DNA from: an uncultured Ignavibacteria bacterium
Lineage (GTDB): Bacteria > Zixibacteria > MSB-5A5 > CAIYYT01
DNA length: 64,000 nucleotides
Direction: 5' to 3'
Assembly: GCA_964370935.1 (NCBI GenBank)
Contig: CAYJKI010000007.1
Span: forward strand, 9,167 to 73,166
Part shown: piece by piece, positions 1 through 12,729 of the stretch
Position numbering within the stretch: position 1 is the first letter of the stretch
Layout of the letters: each line of letters opens with the position of its first letter
Made by a program: the position numbers and the translations under genes
The notes under the pieces: generated by a model
Database searches by the model: none
The model's input: only the letters and a program-made list of their open reading frames with translations
Told to the model about the DNA's origin: nothing

Positions 1-624
<624 letters not shown>

Positions 625-658
625 TAAGGATAATTATTGAAGCGAAGGAGGTATCCAG

Positions 659-3600
659 GTGGTCGATTTTTCGGTAAAACAACAGAAGCGACCCTCGGAC
701 TTTACCGCGATTAAGATACAATTGGCATCGCCGGAAGTGATCTTGTCATGGTCCTACGGTGAAGTCACCAAACCGGAAACGATCAATTACCGGTCATTCA
801 AGCCGGAACGTGATGGTTTGTTTTGCGAGCGCATTTTTGGCCCTGTGAAGGACTGGGAGTGTTCGTGCGGCAAGTACAAGCGGATCCGTTTCCGGGGCAT
901 TGTATGCGATCGTTGCGGTGTAGAAGTGACGCAGGCCAAGGTCCGGCGCGATCGGATGGGTCATATTGACCTCGCCGTGCCGGTTTCGCACATTTGGTAT
1001 TTTAAGTCGTTGCCTTCGCGCATCGGCTATTTGCTGGATCTTTCGGTCCGCGACCTCGAGAAGATTCTCTATTACGAGAACTACGTGGTTGTGGATCCGG
1101 GCAATACCTCCTACAAGGAGAAAGACATCATCACGGAAGAGGAGTTCCAGGAACTGGAGTCCTCGAGCAAGCAGTTCGAAGCGAAGATGGGTGCTGAAGC
1201 TATTCAGGCACTTTTGAAGCGCGTCGATATCGAAGAGCTGTCAATCTCGTTGCGCGCACAGGTCAAAGTTGAGACCTCGGTGCAGCGCAAGAAAGACACG
1301 CTTAAGAGACTGCGAGTGATTGAAGCCTTCCGCCAGTCCAACAATCGTCCCGAGTGGATGGTGATGACGCGCATCCCGGTGATTCCTCCGGATCTGCGTC
1401 CGCTGGTACCGTTGGAAGGTGGACGCTTTGCGACCTCGGATCTTAACGATCTGTATCGCCGCGTCATCAACCGTAATAACCGTCTGAAAAAACTGATCGA
1501 TATTCGCGCCCCCGAGGTGATTTTGCGCAACGAAAAGCGCATGCTTCAGGAAGCCGTGGATGCATTGTTCGACAACGGCCGTCGTACCAACTCGGTGCGC
1601 GGCGATTCCAAGCGTCCGCTGAAGTCGCTGTCTGACTTGCTCAAGGGCAAGCAGGGACGTTTCCGCCAGAACCTGCTTGGTAAACGTGTCGACTACTCCG
1701 GCCGTTCGGTAATCGTTGTTGGTCCGGAATTAAAGCTGCATCAGTGCGGTCTTCCGAAGACAATGGCGCTCGAACTCTTCAAGCCGTTCATCATCATGAA
1801 GCTGGAAGAGAAGGGTTATGTACAGACGGTCAAGTCGGCCAAGAAATTGGTCGAGCGCGAGCGTCCGGAAGTGTGGGATATTCTCGAAGAGATTATCGCG
1901 GATCATCCGGTGATGCTTAACCGCGCTCCCACGCTACATCGTCTCGGTATTCAGGCGTTTTATCCGGTGTTGGTGGAAGGCAAGGCAATTCGTCTGCACC
2001 CGCTGGTTTGCGCCGCGTTCAACGCCGACTTCGACGGTGACCAGATGGCGGTGCACGTGCCGTTGTCATTTGAGGCGCAGTTGGAAGCTCGTATCTTGAT
2101 GCTTTCGGTCAACAACATTCTGCTTCCGTCGAACGGCCGTCCAGTTGCGACTCCGTCGCAGGACATCGTTATCGGTATTCACTATGTGACCAAGGAACGC
2201 GCCAACGTGAAGGGCGAAGGATGTCGCTTCTCTTCGATGGATGAAGTACTCTATGCCCATTCGCAGAAGATGATTGACCTGCATGCCAAGATCAAAGTTG
2301 AGCATGAAGGGACAATTCTCGAGACGACAACCGGCCGGGTGATTTTCTATCAGATTTTCCCCAAAGGCATGACCTTCTTTAATAAGGTTGCGACGAAGAA
2401 GAATCTTGAGGAACTGGTATTGGCGGCTCACGCCAAACTCGGTTCGGTCCGCACGGCGGATTTCTTAGATAAGCTCAAGACGCTCGGATTCGAATACGCG
2501 ACTTTGGCGGGGATCACCGTCGGTATCGACGATTTGACGATTCCCAAGAAGAAGAAGGAACTGGTAGCGCAGGCTGAAAAAGAAGTCGCCAAGATTTTGC
2601 GCGACTACGAGAAGGGTGTTATCACCAACAGCGAGCGTTACAATAAGGTTATTGATACCTGGACGCGGACGACAAACGAAGTTGCCGACGAGATGTTCCG
2701 CGGTCTGTCGCTGGAGCGCGAAGGGTTCAACCCAGTCTATATGATGGCGGGATCAGGCGCGCGTTCATCGAAGGATCAGATTCGCCAGCTTGCCGGAATG
2801 CGCGGACTGATGGCCAAGCCGCAGAAGCGCATGACGGGCCAGGTCGGTGAAATTATTGAATCGCCGATTATCGCGAACTTCCGCGAAGGTCTGAACGTGC
2901 TCGAGTATTTCATTAGTACGCACGGAGCGCGCAAGGGTCTGGCGGATACGGCACTGAAGACAGCTGACGCGGGTTACTTAACGCGTCGTTTGGTCGACGT
3001 GGCGCAGGACGTAATTATCAATGAACACGACTGCGGCACGGTCCGTGGTTTGCATATTTCCGCATTGAAGGATGGAGAAGAAGTGATCGAATCGCTGCAG
3101 GATCGACTTATCGGTCGTGTGGCGCTGGAAGATGTTTATGACACGATCCAGACCGATCGCATTCTGGTGTCCGCCGGAAATGAGATTGATGAAGAAGCGG
3201 CGAAGGCGATTGAAGAGTCGGGCACGGAATCGGTGTATATCCGTTCGGTGTTGACTTGCGAATCGCGCCGCGGTGTTTGTGCGCTGTGCTATGGCCGTAA
3301 TTTGGCGACCAATCAAATGGTGCAGTTGGGCGAGGCGGCGGGCGTCATTGCCGCGCAGTCAATCGGCGAGCCGGGAACGCAGCTGACGCTGCGAACCTTC
3401 CACATCGGCGGTACGGCAGCGCGTATTACGGAACAGTCTTCCGTAGTTGCGAAGGCCGACGGTCACGTGGAGTTTGAAGACATTCGCACGATCGAGCGCG
3501 AAGACGGCAGCATCATTGTGGTCAGCCGCGATGGCAAAGTGAAGCTGTTCGATGCCGACGGTCGTGTGCGCGCAACATACAATGTACCGTATGCCGCGAC

Positions 3601-4777
3601 GCTGCGTGTAGCCGACAAGCAGAAAGTTTATAAAGTCGACACCAGCCGTTCGGTCGACGAAGATGATAAGAAGGAGCGCGGATCCGTTATCTTTGAATGG
3701 GAACCGTACACCAACGAAATCGTCTCCGAAGTCGGCGGCACAATCCAATATGAAGATATCGTCGAAAACGTTTCGATGCGCGAAGAGTTGGACGAAATCA
3801 CCGGACTGATGAAGCTGGTGATGATCGAACAGCGCGAGAAGACGCTCTTGCCGAAGATCAACGTCGTTGACAAGGCAGGGAAGCGGCGGGCTTCGTATTC
3901 GATTCCGACTGGCGCTTATTTGGAGGTTCGCAACGAGGATCAAATCACGCCGGGAACGGTGGTGGCGAAGATTCCGCGCGACATTTCCAAGACACGCGAC
4001 ATCACGGGCGGCTTGCCGCGCGTAGCGGAGCTGTTTGAAGTCCGCAAGCCGCGCGACCCTGCGGTGGTGACGGAAATCGACGGCATTATCGAGTATGGCA
4101 AGATCATTCGCGGTAACACGCAGATCTTCGTCAAAGCCGATGATGGCGACGTCAGCGAGTATTTGGTTCCGCACGGCAAGCACATGCGTGTTCACTCCGG
4201 TGACCGCGTGAAAGCCGGCGACCGACTTTGCGAAGGCGCGATCGATCCGCACGATATGCTGAAGATTCTTGGACCGGATGCGGTGCAGGAGTATTTGGTG
4301 AATGAAATCCAGGAAGTGTACCGTCTGCAGGGCGTGAAGATCAACGACAAGCACTTTGAAGTGATCGTCCGCCAGATGTTGCAGAAGGTACAGGTCGATG
4401 AAGTTGGCGACACCAACTTCCTTGAGGGCGAGAAAGTCGACAAGAACCGTTTCCGTATTGACAACGAAAGAGTCATGGCGGAAGGCGGCGAAGCGGCGAC
4501 CTCGCGCGATCTGCTTCTGGGAATCACCCGGGCATCGTTATCGACGGAGAGCTTCATTTCGGCGGCGTCGTTCCAGGAAACCACCAAGGTTTTGACGGAA
4601 GCGGCGGTTGCCGGGAAGGAAGATTATCTCCAGGGATTGAAGGAAAACGTCATTATCGGCCGGTTAATTCCGGCGGGTACCGGTATGGATTTCTACCGGA
4701 ATCTTGAGATCGAAGATGACGAAGAAGGTCACGGCGAAGACACCGAGGAAGCGGAAATTCTCCAAGAAAACGCTTGA
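659..4777 (+). CDS. rpoC: DNA-directed RNA polymerase beta' subunit
   Basis: 1372 aa with a GTG start. It has the zinc-binding motif CSCGKYK…CDRCGVEV, the catalytic [12 protein letters not shown] motif and a conserved C-terminal region. Confidence 0.97.
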   Translation: MVDFSVKQQKRPSDFTAIKIQLASPEVILSWSYGEVTKPETINYRSFKPERDGLFCERIFGPVKDWECSCGKYKRIRFRGIVCDRCGVEVTQAKVRRDRMGHIDLAVPVSHIWYFKSLPSRIGYLLDLSVRDLEKILYYENYVVVDPGNTSYKEKDIITEEEFQELESSSKQFEAKMGAEAIQALLKRVDIEELSISLRAQVKVETSVQRKKDTLKRLRVIEAFRQSNNRPEWMVMTRIPVIPPDLRPLVPLEGGRFATSDLNDLYRRVINRNNRLKKLIDIRAPEVILRNEKRMLQEAVDALFDNGRRTNSVRGDSKRPLKSLSDLLKGKQGRFRQNLLGKRVDYSGRSVIVVGPELKLHQCGLPKTMALELFKPFIIMKLEEKGYVQTVKSAKKLVERERPEVWDILEEIIADHPVMLNRAPTLHRLGIQAFYPVLVEGKAIRLHPLVCAAFNADFDGDQMAVHVPLSFEAQLEARILMLSVNNILLPSNGRPVATPSQDIVIGIHYVTKERANVKGEGCRFSSMDEVLYAHSQKMIDLHAKIKVEHEGTILETTTGRVIFYQIFPKGMTFFNKVATKKNLEELVLAAHAKLGSVRTADFLDKLKTLGFEYATLAGITVGIDDLTIPKKKKELVAQAEKEVAKILRDYEKGVITNSERYNKVIDTWTRTTNEVADEMFRGLSLEREGFNPVYMMAGSGARSSKDQIRQLAGMRGLMAKPQKRMTGQVGEIIESPIIANFREGLNVLEYFISTHGARKGLADTALKTADAGYLTRRLVDVAQDVIINEHDCGTVRGLHISALKDGEEVIESLQDRLIGRVALEDVYDTIQTDRILVSAGNEIDEEAAKAIEESGTESVYIRSVLTCESRRGVCALCYGRNLATNQMVQLGEAAGVIAAQSIGEPGTQLTLRTFHIGGTAARITEQSSVVAKADGHVEFEDIRTIEREDGSIIVVSRDGKVKLFDADGRVRATYNVPYAATLRVADKQKVYKVDTSRSVDEDDKKERGSVIFEWEPYTNEIVSEVGGTIQYEDIVENVSMREELDEITGLMKLVMIEQREKTLLPKINVVDKAGKRRASYSIPTGAYLEVRNEDQITPGTVVAKIPRDISKTRDITGGLPRVAELFEVRKPRDPAVVTEIDGIIEYGKIIRGNTQIFVKADDGDVSEYLVPHGKHMRVHSGDRVKAGDRLCEGAIDPHDMLKILGPDAVQEYLVNEIQEVYRLQGVKINDKHFEVIVRQMLQKVQVDEVGDTNFLEGEKVDKNRFRIDNERVMAEGGEAATSRDLLLGITRASLSTESFISAASFQETTKVLTEAAVAGKEDYLQGLKENVIIGRLIPAGTGMDFYRNLEIEDDEEGHGEDTEEAEILQENA

Positions 4778-4802
4778 CAGTCTTAGCCGGGGCTGATATA
4801 AT
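4774..4802 (+). promoter_or_regulatory. Consensus sigma70-type promoter (TTGACA-17 bp-TATAAT) overlapping the rpoC stop codon, upstream of rpsL
   Basis: TTGACA at 4774-4779, a 17-nt spacer, and TATAAT at 4797-4802. A perfect 9-bp stem hairpin (cgacgcccc…ggggcgtcg, 4845-4869) lies in the would-be rpsL leader. Confidence 0.55.
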
Positions 4803-4885
4803 ATGAGTCTTATTTTAAGGCGTTTTTGCGTCTGATATAAACCGACGCCCCCTCACCGGGGCGTCGACTTTGAGAGAGGATTAGT

Positions 4886-5263
4886 TTGCCGACGATCAAT
4901 CAGTTAATTCGCAAGGGCAGAATCAAGGTTCTGTACAAGACGAATACTCCCGCGCTCAAGAGCTCACCGCAGAAGCGCGGCGTGTGTACCCGCGTATACA
5001 CCTCGACGCCCAAGAAGCCGAACTCGGCTTTGCGGAAGGTCGCCCGTGTCCGTCTGACGAATCAGATGGAAGTAACGGCGTACATTCCGGGTGTGGGTCA
5101 TAATCTGCAAGAGCACTCGATCGTGCTGATTCGCGGCGGTCGTGTTAAGGATCTTCCGGGTGTGCGGTATCATATTGTTCGCGGCACCATGGATGCTTCG
5201 GGTGTGGAAAATCGTAAGCGCAGCCGTTCGAAGTACGGCGCGAAAAAACCAACTGGTAAGTAG
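4886..5263 (+). CDS. rpsL: 30S ribosomal protein S12
   Basis: TTG start; translation [12 protein letters not shown]…[17 protein letters not shown]… is canonical S12. Confidence 0.97.
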   Translation: MPTINQLIRKGRIKVLYKTNTPALKSSPQKRGVCTRVYTSTPKKPNSALRKVARVRLTNQMEVTAYIPGVGHNLQEHSIVLIRGGRVKDLPGVRYHIVRGTMDASGVENRKRSRSKYGAKKPTGK

Positions 5264-5287
5264 TTTGACAGAGGAGTAGAGGAGTAG

Positions 5288-5758
5288 ATGCCAAGAAAAA
5301 AAGCCGCAGAGAAGCGGCCCCGCAAACCGGATCCGATGTATGGTGACGTCGTCATTTCGCAGTTCATCAATTGTTTGATGAGTAAGGGAAAGAAGTCGAC
5401 CGCGGAAGGCATCTTGTATGGCTGTCTCGATATCATCGAGAAGAAGCATAATCAGAAGGGGCTTGAAGTCTTCTACAAGGCAATCAACAATGTCAAACCC
5501 GTCTTAGAAGTGAAATCTCGCCGCGTCGGTGGCGCAACGTATCAGGTGCCCGTTGAGGTGTCGCCGGATCGTCGCACGGCGCTGGCTTTCCGCTGGCTCA
5601 TTGGATACGCTCGTGAGCGTTCCGAAAAGACTATGGCAGAGCGCCTCGCCTCTGAATTTCTGGCTGCTTCGAAGAATGAAGGAGCCTCGATTAAGAAGCG
5701 CGAGGACACGCATCGAATGGCGGAAGCCAACAAGGCGTTCGCTCATTTCCGCTGGTAG
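5288..5758 (+). CDS. rpsG: 30S ribosomal protein S7
   Basis: 156 aa, MPRKK…DPMYGD…[23 protein letters not shown]…. Confidence 0.97.
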   Translation: MPRKKAAEKRPRKPDPMYGDVVISQFINCLMSKGKKSTAEGILYGCLDIIEKKHNQKGLEVFYKAINNVKPVLEVKSRRVGGATYQVPVEVSPDRRTALAFRWLIGYARERSEKTMAERLASEFLAASKNEGASIKKREDTHRMAEANKAFAHFRW

Positions 5759-5832
5759 AGTTAGCTGGTTAAAGTCTCCTCTGAAAAGGGTAATAGGTGC
5801 GCATTTTCAGTGGAGGCGTTTTTGTCTAAACT

Positions 5833-7905
5833 GTGGGAGTTATGGATCTTAATAAATTAAGAAATATCGGCATCATGGCACATATCGATGCCGGCAAGAC
5901 TACGACGACCGAGCGCATCTTGTTTTATACCGGAAAGAGCCATCGGATGGGCGAAGTGCATGAAGGCGCCGCCACGATGGACTGGATGGAGCAGGAGAAA
6001 GAGCGCGGCATCACGATTACGTCCGCCGCGACGACCTGTCATTGGAATGGTCACCAGATTAACATTATCGATACGCCGGGCCACGTTGATTTCACCGCTG
6101 AAGTTGAGCGCAGCTTGCGCGTGCTTGACGGTGCGGTCGCTTTGTTTTGCGCCGTCGGTGGTGTCGAACCACAGTCAGAGACCGTGTGGCGCCAGGCCGA
6201 CAAGTATGGCGTGCCGCGTATTGCCTATATCAACAAGATGGACCGCATCGGCGCTTCTTTTGAGAAGGCGCTGGGAATGATGGAGGATCGCCTCCATTCC
6301 CATTTCATTCCGGTTCAAGTCCCGGCCGGCGAAGGTGAATTGTTCACCGCCGTAATTGACTTGATTACCATGACATTCAGAGTCTACCACGAAGAGTCTT
6401 CGGGTATGACTTTTGACGATATTACTGTTCCGGATTCGCTGATGCCGATCGCGCGCAAGTGGCGCGAGAAGATGCTGGAAGCGGTCGCCGATTATGATGA
6501 TCATCTTTTGGAGATGTTCCTCGCCGGTGACGAGCCGCCGGTTGCCCAGATCAAAGCGGCGCTTCGGAGAGCAACGATTGACTGCAAAGTGACGCCGGTT
6601 CTCGTGGGGTCGTCATTCAAAAATAAGGGCGTGCAGAAGCTACTCGACGCGATTGTCGACTTCTTGCCATCACCCGCCGATTTGAAGCCGGTTGAAGGAC
6701 ATCATCCACGCACGGACAAGATTGAAGTCCGCAGTTCGGATCCTGATGCGCCGTTTTCGGCTTTGGCGTTTAAGATCATGTCTGACCCGCACGTCGGCAA
6801 GCTGACGTATTTCCGGGTGTACTCGGGAACAATCAAGGCGGGTAGTCCGGTGCTCAATGCGAGCCGAGACAAAAAAGAGAGAATTTCGCGCTTATTGCTG
6901 ATGCATGCCAATCGCCGCCAGGACCTCGAAGAAGCCAAGGCTGGTGATATTGTGGCAGCAATAGGATTGAAGAATACAACGACGGGCAACACGATCTGTG
7001 ATCCGGATCATCCGATTTTGCTTGAAGTGATGAAGTTCCCGGCACCGGTGGTGTCGGTGGCGATTGAGCCGAAGACCAAGGCTGACCTTGACAAGCTCGG
7101 TGAGTCACTGCAGAAGCTGGCAGAAGAAGATCCGACATTCCGTGTTGAGTCGAATGAAGAGACCGGCCAGACGATTATCTCGGGCATGGGCGAACTTCAT
7201 TTGGAAATCATTGTCGACCGCTTGTTGCGCGAATTCAGGGTGCAGGCGAATGTCGGCAGTCCGCGTGTCGCATATCGCGAGACAATTACGCAGTCGGTCA
7301 CGGCGGAGGGCAAGTTCGTCCGTCAATCGGGTGGCCGCGGTCAATTTGGTCATGTGGTCATGGAATTCGAGCCGCTTCATGACGGTACCGAATTCAAGTT
7401 TGAAGATAAAGTCGTCGGCGGTACGGTTCCGCGCGAATACATCAGCTCGGTCGAGCATGGCGTCAAGGATGCCATGTCGTCGGGTGTAGTCGCCGGCTAT
7501 CCGGTGGTGGGTATTCTCGCCCGGCTGGTTGACGGTTCGTATCATGAAGTTGATTCGTCCGATATCGCGTTCAAGATTGCGGGTTCAATGGCGTTCCAGG
7601 AGGCTTGTCGCAAAGCCAAGCCGGTTCTGCTTGAGCCAATCATGGAGGTTGAAGTTGTGCTTCCGAATGAGTATCTTGGCGACGTGATGGGCGATTTGCA
7701 GTCTCGCCGTGCGAGCATCAAAGGCATCAACAGCCGTCCGGATGGACAGGTGTTGAATGCGGCGGTGCCGTTGGCAGAGATGTTTGGATATGCGACGCGC
7801 TTGCGCAGTTTGAGTCAGGGACGTGCGATCTACACGATGCAGTTCGCTTCATACTCGCCGGTGCCGGAATCGATTATTAAGAAGCTCGATTTCGCAAAAG
7901 CTTAG
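5833..7905 (+). CDS. fusA: Elongation factor G
   Basis: Has the GTPase G1 motif AHIDAGKTT and the DTPGHVDF motif, at full EF-G length. The start is either GTG 5833 or ATG 5842 ([11 protein letters not shown]…). Confidence 0.96.
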   Translation: MGVMDLNKLRNIGIMAHIDAGKTTTTERILFYTGKSHRMGEVHEGAATMDWMEQEKERGITITSAATTCHWNGHQINIIDTPGHVDFTAEVERSLRVLDGAVALFCAVGGVEPQSETVWRQADKYGVPRIAYINKMDRIGASFEKALGMMEDRLHSHFIPVQVPAGEGELFTAVIDLITMTFRVYHEESSGMTFDDITVPDSLMPIARKWREKMLEAVADYDDHLLEMFLAGDEPPVAQIKAALRRATIDCKVTPVLVGSSFKNKGVQKLLDAIVDFLPSPADLKPVEGHHPRTDKIEVRSSDPDAPFSALAFKIMSDPHVGKLTYFRVYSGTIKAGSPVLNASRDKKERISRLLLMHANRRQDLEEAKAGDIVAAIGLKNTTTGNTICDPDHPILLEVMKFPAPVVSVAIEPKTKADLDKLGESLQKLAEEDPTFRVESNEETGQTIISGMGELHLEIIVDRLLREFRVQANVGSPRVAYRETITQSVTAEGKFVRQSGGRGQFGHVVMEFEPLHDGTEFKFEDKVVGGTVPREYISSVEHGVKDAMSSGVVAGYPVVGILARLVDGSYHEVDSSDIAFKIAGSMAFQEACRKAKPVLLEPIMEVEVVLPNEYLGDVMGDLQSRRASIKGINSRPDGQVLNAAVPLAEMFGYATRLRSLSQGRAIYTMQFASYSPVPESIIKKLDFAKA

Positions 7906-7946
7906 TAAGAATTTCAGTTAGAGATATTTGGAGGATTGAAGCAGCC

Positions 7947-9161
7947 ATGGCGAAGGAGAAATTTGAACGGACGAAGCCGCACGTTAACGTGGGTACGATT
8001 GGTCACGTCGACCATGGGAAGACGACGTTAACGGCCGCGATCACGATGGTATTGTCGCGCGGGGACAAGGGCGTAGCGATCCGGTCGTTTGATTCGATCG
8101 ACAACGCACCGGAAGAGCGCGAGCGCGGTATTACGATTGCGACGGCGCACGTTGAGTATTCGACGAAGAATCGTCACTATGCTCACGTCGACTGTCCGGG
8201 TCACGCGGACTATGTAAAGAACATGATCACCGGTGCAGCGCAGATGGATGGCGCGGTGTTGGTGGTATCAGCCGCTGATGGTCCGATGCCGCAGACCAGA
8301 GAGCATATCCTTCTGGCTCGTCAGGTGGGTGTACCATACATCGTGGTGTTCATGAACAAGTGCGACATGGTGGACGATCCGGAATTGCTTGACCTGGTGG
8401 AACTGGAAGTACGCGATCTGTTGACGATGTACAAGTTCCCGGGCGACGTGACCCCGATCATTCGCGGTTCGGCGCTTCAGGCGATGACCAAAGGTTCGGA
8501 TGCTTCGGCAAAGGCTGATGATCCGGCGTTCAAGTGTATCTACGAATTGATGGAAGCTCTGGACAGCTACATTCCGCTGCCGAAGCGTGAAACCGACAAG
8601 CCGTTCCTGATGCCAGTCGAAGACGTGTTTTCGATCACGGGTCGCGGCACGGTGGCTACCGGTAGAGTTGATCGCGGCGTGGTGAAGGTTGGCGACACCG
8701 TGGAGCGAGTCGGAATTCGTCCCGAGACCAAGGCGGTGGTTGTCACCGGCGTGGAGATGTTCCGTAAGTTGATGGATCAGGCGCAGGCAGGCGATAATAT
8801 CGGTCTGCTGTTGCGCGGTATGGATAAAGAAGAGATCGAACGCGGGATGGTCTTGGCTGCACCGAAGAGCATCACGCCGCACATGAAGTTCAAGGCGGAA
8901 GTGTACATCCTTTCGAAAGAAGAGGGTGGCCGTCATACGCCGTTCTTCAACGGCTATCGTCCGCAGTTTTATTTCCGCACGACGGACGTGACCGGTTCGG
9001 TGACGTTGCCGGCGGGAATCGAAATGGTGATGCCGGGCGACAATGTGCAGATGGTGGTTGAGTTGTTGACGCCAGTCGCGATGGAGAAGGAACTGCGTTT
9101 CGCTATTCGCGAAGGCGGTCGTACTGTCGGCGCCGGCGTAGTCTCGGAAATTATCGCGTAA
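7947..9161 (+). CDS. tuf: Elongation factor Tu
   Basis: [22 protein letters not shown] motifs; 404 aa; GGAGG RBS upstream. Confidence 0.97.
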   Translation: MAKEKFERTKPHVNVGTIGHVDHGKTTLTAAITMVLSRGDKGVAIRSFDSIDNAPEERERGITIATAHVEYSTKNRHYAHVDCPGHADYVKNMITGAAQMDGAVLVVSAADGPMPQTREHILLARQVGVPYIVVFMNKCDMVDDPELLDLVELEVRDLLTMYKFPGDVTPIIRGSALQAMTKGSDASAKADDPAFKCIYELMEALDSYIPLPKRETDKPFLMPVEDVFSITGRGTVATGRVDRGVVKVGDTVERVGIRPETKAVVVTGVEMFRKLMDQAQAGDNIGLLLRGMDKEEIERGMVLAAPKSITPHMKFKAEVYILSKEEGGRHTPFFNGYRPQFYFRTTDVTGSVTLPAGIEMVMPGDNVQMVVELLTPVAMEKELRFAIREGGRTVGAGVVSEIIA

Positions 9162-9187
9162 GCGAGAAGGTATATAGGTAAAGAATA

Positions 9188-9502
9188 ATGGCTCTTCCGG
9201 GACAGAAAATCAGAATCCGCTTAAAGGCTTTCGATCACTATTCGCTCGACAAGTCGACGAAGGAAATCGCCCGCACCGTGCTTCGTACTGGAGCGCGTAT
9301 TGCCGGACCGATTCCGCTTCCGACGAAGCGTACCGTTTACACGGTTTTGCGTTCGCCGCATGTCGACAAGAAGTCACGCGAGCAGTTTGAGACACGCATT
9401 CACAAGCGTTTGATAGATATTTACGATTCCACGCCGCAGACGGTCGATGCTTTGATGAAGCTCGATTTGCCGGCGGGTGTGGATGTGGAGATTAAGGTTT
9501 AA
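9188..9502 (+). CDS. rpsJ: 30S ribosomal protein S10
   Basis: 104 aa, [11 protein letters not shown]…[15 protein letters not shown]…. Confidence 0.96.
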   Translation: MALPGQKIRIRLKAFDHYSLDKSTKEIARTVLRTGARIAGPIPLPTKRTVYTVLRSPHVDKKSREQFETRIHKRLIDIYDSTPQTVDALMKLDLPAGVDVEIKV

Positions 9503-9514
9503 GGGAGTCGCACG

Positions 9515-10135
9515 ATGAAGGCGTTTCTTGCAAGAAAAGTTGGAATGACGCGCATATTCTCGGAGAACGGTGCGGCTTACGCTGTGACACTCCTTGATGC
9601 CAGCCCCAATGTCGTGGTCCAAGTCAAGACCAAGGACAAGGAAGGCTACGACGCGGTACAAGTTGGCTTCGGTTCACGCCGGGCCAAGAACATATCCAAG
9701 CCGATACTCGGCCATCTGAAAAAGGCCGGTCTTCAGCCGTTCGCCAAGCTGGGCGAGATTCCGGTTGAGACCCTGGAGGGTGTTACGGTTGGTCAAGAGA
9801 TCAAGGCTGACATATTTAAGGTTGGCGAAGTGGTTGATGTCGTGGGAACGAGCAAGGGTCTCGGATTCCAGGGCGTTGTTCGTCGCCACAATTTCGCCGG
9901 CGGTCCGGTGTCGCACGGTCAGTCGGATCGTTTGCGCGCACCCGGTTCGGTGGGCGCTTCGTCCTATCCTTCGCGTACCTTCAAGGGACAGCGGATGGCA
10001 GGACGCATGGGCGGTGACCGCGTGACGTTGAAGAACATGAAGATCATGATTGTCGACATGGAGCACAACGTGATTGGAATTGCGGGCGCGATTCCGGGCA
10101 AGAATAACAGCTTCGTTAGAATTAGGAAGAAATAG
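9515..10135 (+). CDS. rplC: 50S ribosomal protein L3
   Basis: 206 aa, GMTRIF…VSHGQSDRLRAPGSVG… motif region. Confidence 0.96.
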   Translation: MKAFLARKVGMTRIFSENGAAYAVTLLDASPNVVVQVKTKDKEGYDAVQVGFGSRRAKNISKPILGHLKKAGLQPFAKLGEIPVETLEGVTVGQEIKADIFKVGEVVDVVGTSKGLGFQGVVRRHNFAGGPVSHGQSDRLRAPGSVGASSYPSRTFKGQRMAGRMGGDRVTLKNMKIMIVDMEHNVIGIAGAIPGKNNSFVRIRKK

Positions 10136-10137
10136 GC

Positions 10138-10767
10138 ATGGCTAAGGCGAAAGTATACACTCTGGAAGGCAAGCAGGCCGGCGAGCAGGCATTGAATGAC
10201 AATGTCTTTGCTGCCGAGGCCAAGCCGTTTGCGACACACCAGAACGTCAAGGTCTATCTGGCCAATCAGCGCCAGGGAACGCATTCGACGCTGACGCGTG
10301 CCGAGGTTTCCGGCGGCGGTATCAAGCCGTTCAAGCAGAAGGGCACCGGTCGTGCCCGTGCCGGTACCAACACCTCGCCGCTTTGGCCCGGTGGCGGTAT
10401 TGTTTTTGGTCCGAAACCGCGCGATTACCGGATGGCCATTCCCAAGAAGATGCGTCGCAATGCGATCAAGACGGCGTTGTCAGCCAAGGCTGCCGAGGAC
10501 CGGGTGCTTGTTGTCGACAAACTGAATCTGGACAAGCCGCAAACCAAGGCGATTGCCAAGTTGCTTGCCGAGATGAAGGTAACAGGACGCAAGATCTTGT
10601 TTTTGAATTCCGGCATCGACCACAATTTGGAATTATCAGTGCGCAATATTGCTAAGCTGACCTATAAGCGCGCTTCGTTGGTGAACGCTTATGATATCAT
10701 TCATGCGGAGTACCTTCTGATGACCCAGGCAGGTCTGAAGGAATGCGAGGAGGTCTGGGGTAAATGA
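10138..10767 (+). CDS. rplD: 50S ribosomal protein L4
   Basis: 209 aa, KQKGTGRARAG…PLWPGGG…; its stop overlaps the rplW start (ATGA). Confidence 0.95.
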   Translation: MAKAKVYTLEGKQAGEQALNDNVFAAEAKPFATHQNVKVYLANQRQGTHSTLTRAEVSGGGIKPFKQKGTGRARAGTNTSPLWPGGGIVFGPKPRDYRMAIPKKMRRNAIKTALSAKAAEDRVLVVDKLNLDKPQTKAIAKLLAEMKVTGRKILFLNSGIDHNLELSVRNIAKLTYKRASLVNAYDIIHAEYLLMTQAGLKECEEVWGK

Positions 10768-11057
10768 AGGATCCGAGAAAAGTAATCAAGACGCTGTTAA
10801 TCAGCGAGAAGTCGCTGGCGGCACGCCAGAAGACCAATGGCTATGTATTCGAGGTCGCCAAAGACGCGAACAAGATCGATGTCAAGCTGGCGGTTGAGAA
10901 GTTGTACAGCGTCAAAGTGAAGAAGGTCACGACGCAGAACAATCCTTCGAAGGAAAGACGCGTCGGGCGCCATCATCCCGGTTACACCAACGAGTGGAAG
11001 AAGGCGATCGTGACGCTGGCGAAGGACCAGACAATTCAGGAGTTCGAAACAATCTAA
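10764..11057 (+). CDS. rplW: 50S ribosomal protein L23
   Basis: 97 aa, …LISEKS…FEVAKDANKIDVKLAVEKLY…. Confidence 0.94.
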   Translation: MKDPRKVIKTLLISEKSLAARQKTNGYVFEVAKDANKIDVKLAVEKLYSVKVKKVTTQNNPSKERRVGRHHPGYTNEWKKAIVTLAKDQTIQEFETI

Positions 11058-11108
11058 AGCCGCGGCCATACCAGCGACGAGGCGGCATTTTTTTAGGATA
11101 GAGCAAAT

Positions 11109-11930
11109 ATGGGAATCAAAAGTTTCAAACCGCATACTCCCGGACGTCGGCACATGACGGTTTCCACATTCGAGGAGATCACGACCGACAAGCCGGAGAA
11201 GTCGCTTATGGAGCCGCTGCGCAAGTCGGGCGGACGCAACAATCTTGGCCGTGTAACCGCGTTTTGTCGCGGCGGCGGTCACAAGCGCGCATACCGGGTT
11301 ATCGATTTCAAGCGCGACAAGCGGGACATTCCGGCCACGGTAGCGACAATCGAATACGATCCGAATCGCTCGGCGAATATTGCTTTGCTGCACTATGCCG
11401 ACGGCGAGAAGCGTTATATCATCGCTCCGGACGGGTTGCAAGTCGGCGCCAAGATTATCACCAGCGAGAACGCGGATATCAAGCCGGGCAACGCGCTGCC
11501 GATTGAGAAGATTCCGCCGGGAACGTTCATTAACTGCGTAGAGTTGCTTGCCGGACGCGGCGCCCAGATCGGTCGCGCTGCCGGAACGATTATTCAGTTG
11601 ATGGTCAAGGAAGGCGATTTTGCGCACTTGAAACTGCCCTCCGGCGAAGTTCGGTTGGTGAGATTGAATTGTATCGCAACGATCGGTCAAGTCGGCAATA
11701 TCGAACATGATTCGATTTCGCTAGGCAAAGCGGGCCGCAGCCGCTGGATGGGCCGCAAGCCCTCGGTGCGCGGCGTGGCGATGAACCCGGTTGACCATCC
11801 GATGGGCGGCGGCGAAGGCCGTTCATCCGGCGGTCGTCACCCTTGCTCGCCCTGGGGGTTGAAGTCCAAGGGTAAGAAAACGCGCAAGGCGAAGAATTCA
11901 GACAAGATGATTATTAAGCGGAGAAAGTAA
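11109..11930 (+). CDS. rplB: 50S ribosomal protein L2
   Basis: 273 aa, …GGGHKR…[16 protein letters not shown]…[13 protein letters not shown]…. Confidence 0.97.
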   Translation: MGIKSFKPHTPGRRHMTVSTFEEITTDKPEKSLMEPLRKSGGRNNLGRVTAFCRGGGHKRAYRVIDFKRDKRDIPATVATIEYDPNRSANIALLHYADGEKRYIIAPDGLQVGAKIITSENADIKPGNALPIEKIPPGTFINCVELLAGRGAQIGRAAGTIIQLMVKEGDFAHLKLPSGEVRLVRLNCIATIGQVGNIEHDSISLGKAGRSRWMGRKPSVRGVAMNPVDHPMGGGEGRSSGGRHPCSPWGLKSKGKKTRKAKNSDKMIIKRRK

Positions 11931-11948
11931 GAGGAGAGTGGTAAACTA

Positions 11949-12257
11949 ATGGCTCGTTCGTTGAAAAAAGGACCATTTATCGATGACCATCTGATGAAGA
12001 AGGTCAACGCTCTGAATTCCACCGGCGAAAAGAAGGTTGTCAAGACCTGGTCGCGCCGCTCCACGATTTCTCCGGAATTTGTCGGGCATACGCTCGCGAT
12101 TCATAACGGCAATAAATTCATCCCGGTTTACGTGACCGAAAACATGGTGGGACACAAGCTCGGGGAATTTGCGCCGACGCGCACTTTCCGCGGCCACTCC
12201 GGCCAAAAATTGACCGAGAAAACCACCAAGGTCGCTGCTGCGCCGGCCACTAAGTAG
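11949..12257 (+). CDS. rpsS: 30S ribosomal protein S19
   Basis: 102 aa, [12 protein letters not shown]…TWSRRSTI…GHTLAIHNG…. Confidence 0.96.
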   Translation: MARSLKKGPFIDDHLMKKVNALNSTGEKKVVKTWSRRSTISPEFVGHTLAIHNGNKFIPVYVTENMVGHKLGEFAPTRTFRGHSGQKLTEKTTKVAAAPATK

Positions 12258-12271
12258 GCGAGGGATTGACA

Positions 12272-12718
12272 ATGTATTTGGAAGCAACAGCAAAGGCGCG
12301 TTTTCTGCGCATGTCCGCCCGCAAGGTCCGGTTAGTCGCCGACCTGGTTCGCGGAATGAAGGTCGACAAAGCGATTTCGGCGCTTGATTTCGTTCAGAAG
12401 TCGGCGGCCGAACCGATTCGCAGCGTCGTGAAATCCGCCGCCGCCAATGCGATCAGCACGGTGGGAACTTCGCGGCTGAAGCCGGAAGACCTGACCATCG
12501 CGACGATCTTCGTGGATGGCGGTCCGGCCTACAAACGTTATCGCGCGGCCTCGATGGGGCGTGCTACGCCGATCAAACATCGGTTGTGTCATATTACGGT
12601 GATCGTTTCCGGTGAAGCTCGTGAAGAGCGCCGCAAGGGCAAGGCGAAAGCCGGTGCCGCTGCAGCCGGCAAGGAAACCAAGGACACCAAAGAAGCTAAA
12701 TCAGATGCTAAGGAATAG
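12272..12718 (+). CDS. rplV: 50S ribosomal protein L22 with Lys/Ala-rich C-terminal extension
   Basis: ATG 12272 has a GAGGG RBS 7 nt upstream; the ORF-track TTG 12266 has none. The conserved L22 core is followed by the tail …RRKGKAKAGAAAAGKETKDTKEAKSDAKE. Confidence 0.93.
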   Translation: MYLEATAKARFLRMSARKVRLVADLVRGMKVDKAISALDFVQKSAAEPIRSVVKSAAANAISTVGTSRLKPEDLTIATIFVDGGPAYKRYRAASMGRATPIKHRLCHITVIVSGEAREERRKGKAKAGAAAAGKETKDTKEAKSDAKE

Positions 12719-12729
12719 AGGAGAGTAAG

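Noticed and set aside
3359-4354. 331-aa ORF on the minus strand inside rpoC
   Set aside because: It is entirely antisense to a highly conserved protein-coding gene. It has no RBS context, and its composition is a mirror of rpoC codons.
10797-11708. 303-aa minus-strand ORF spanning rplW/rplB
   Set aside because: Antisense to two universally conserved ribosomal protein genes; an artefact of GC-rich coding DNA.
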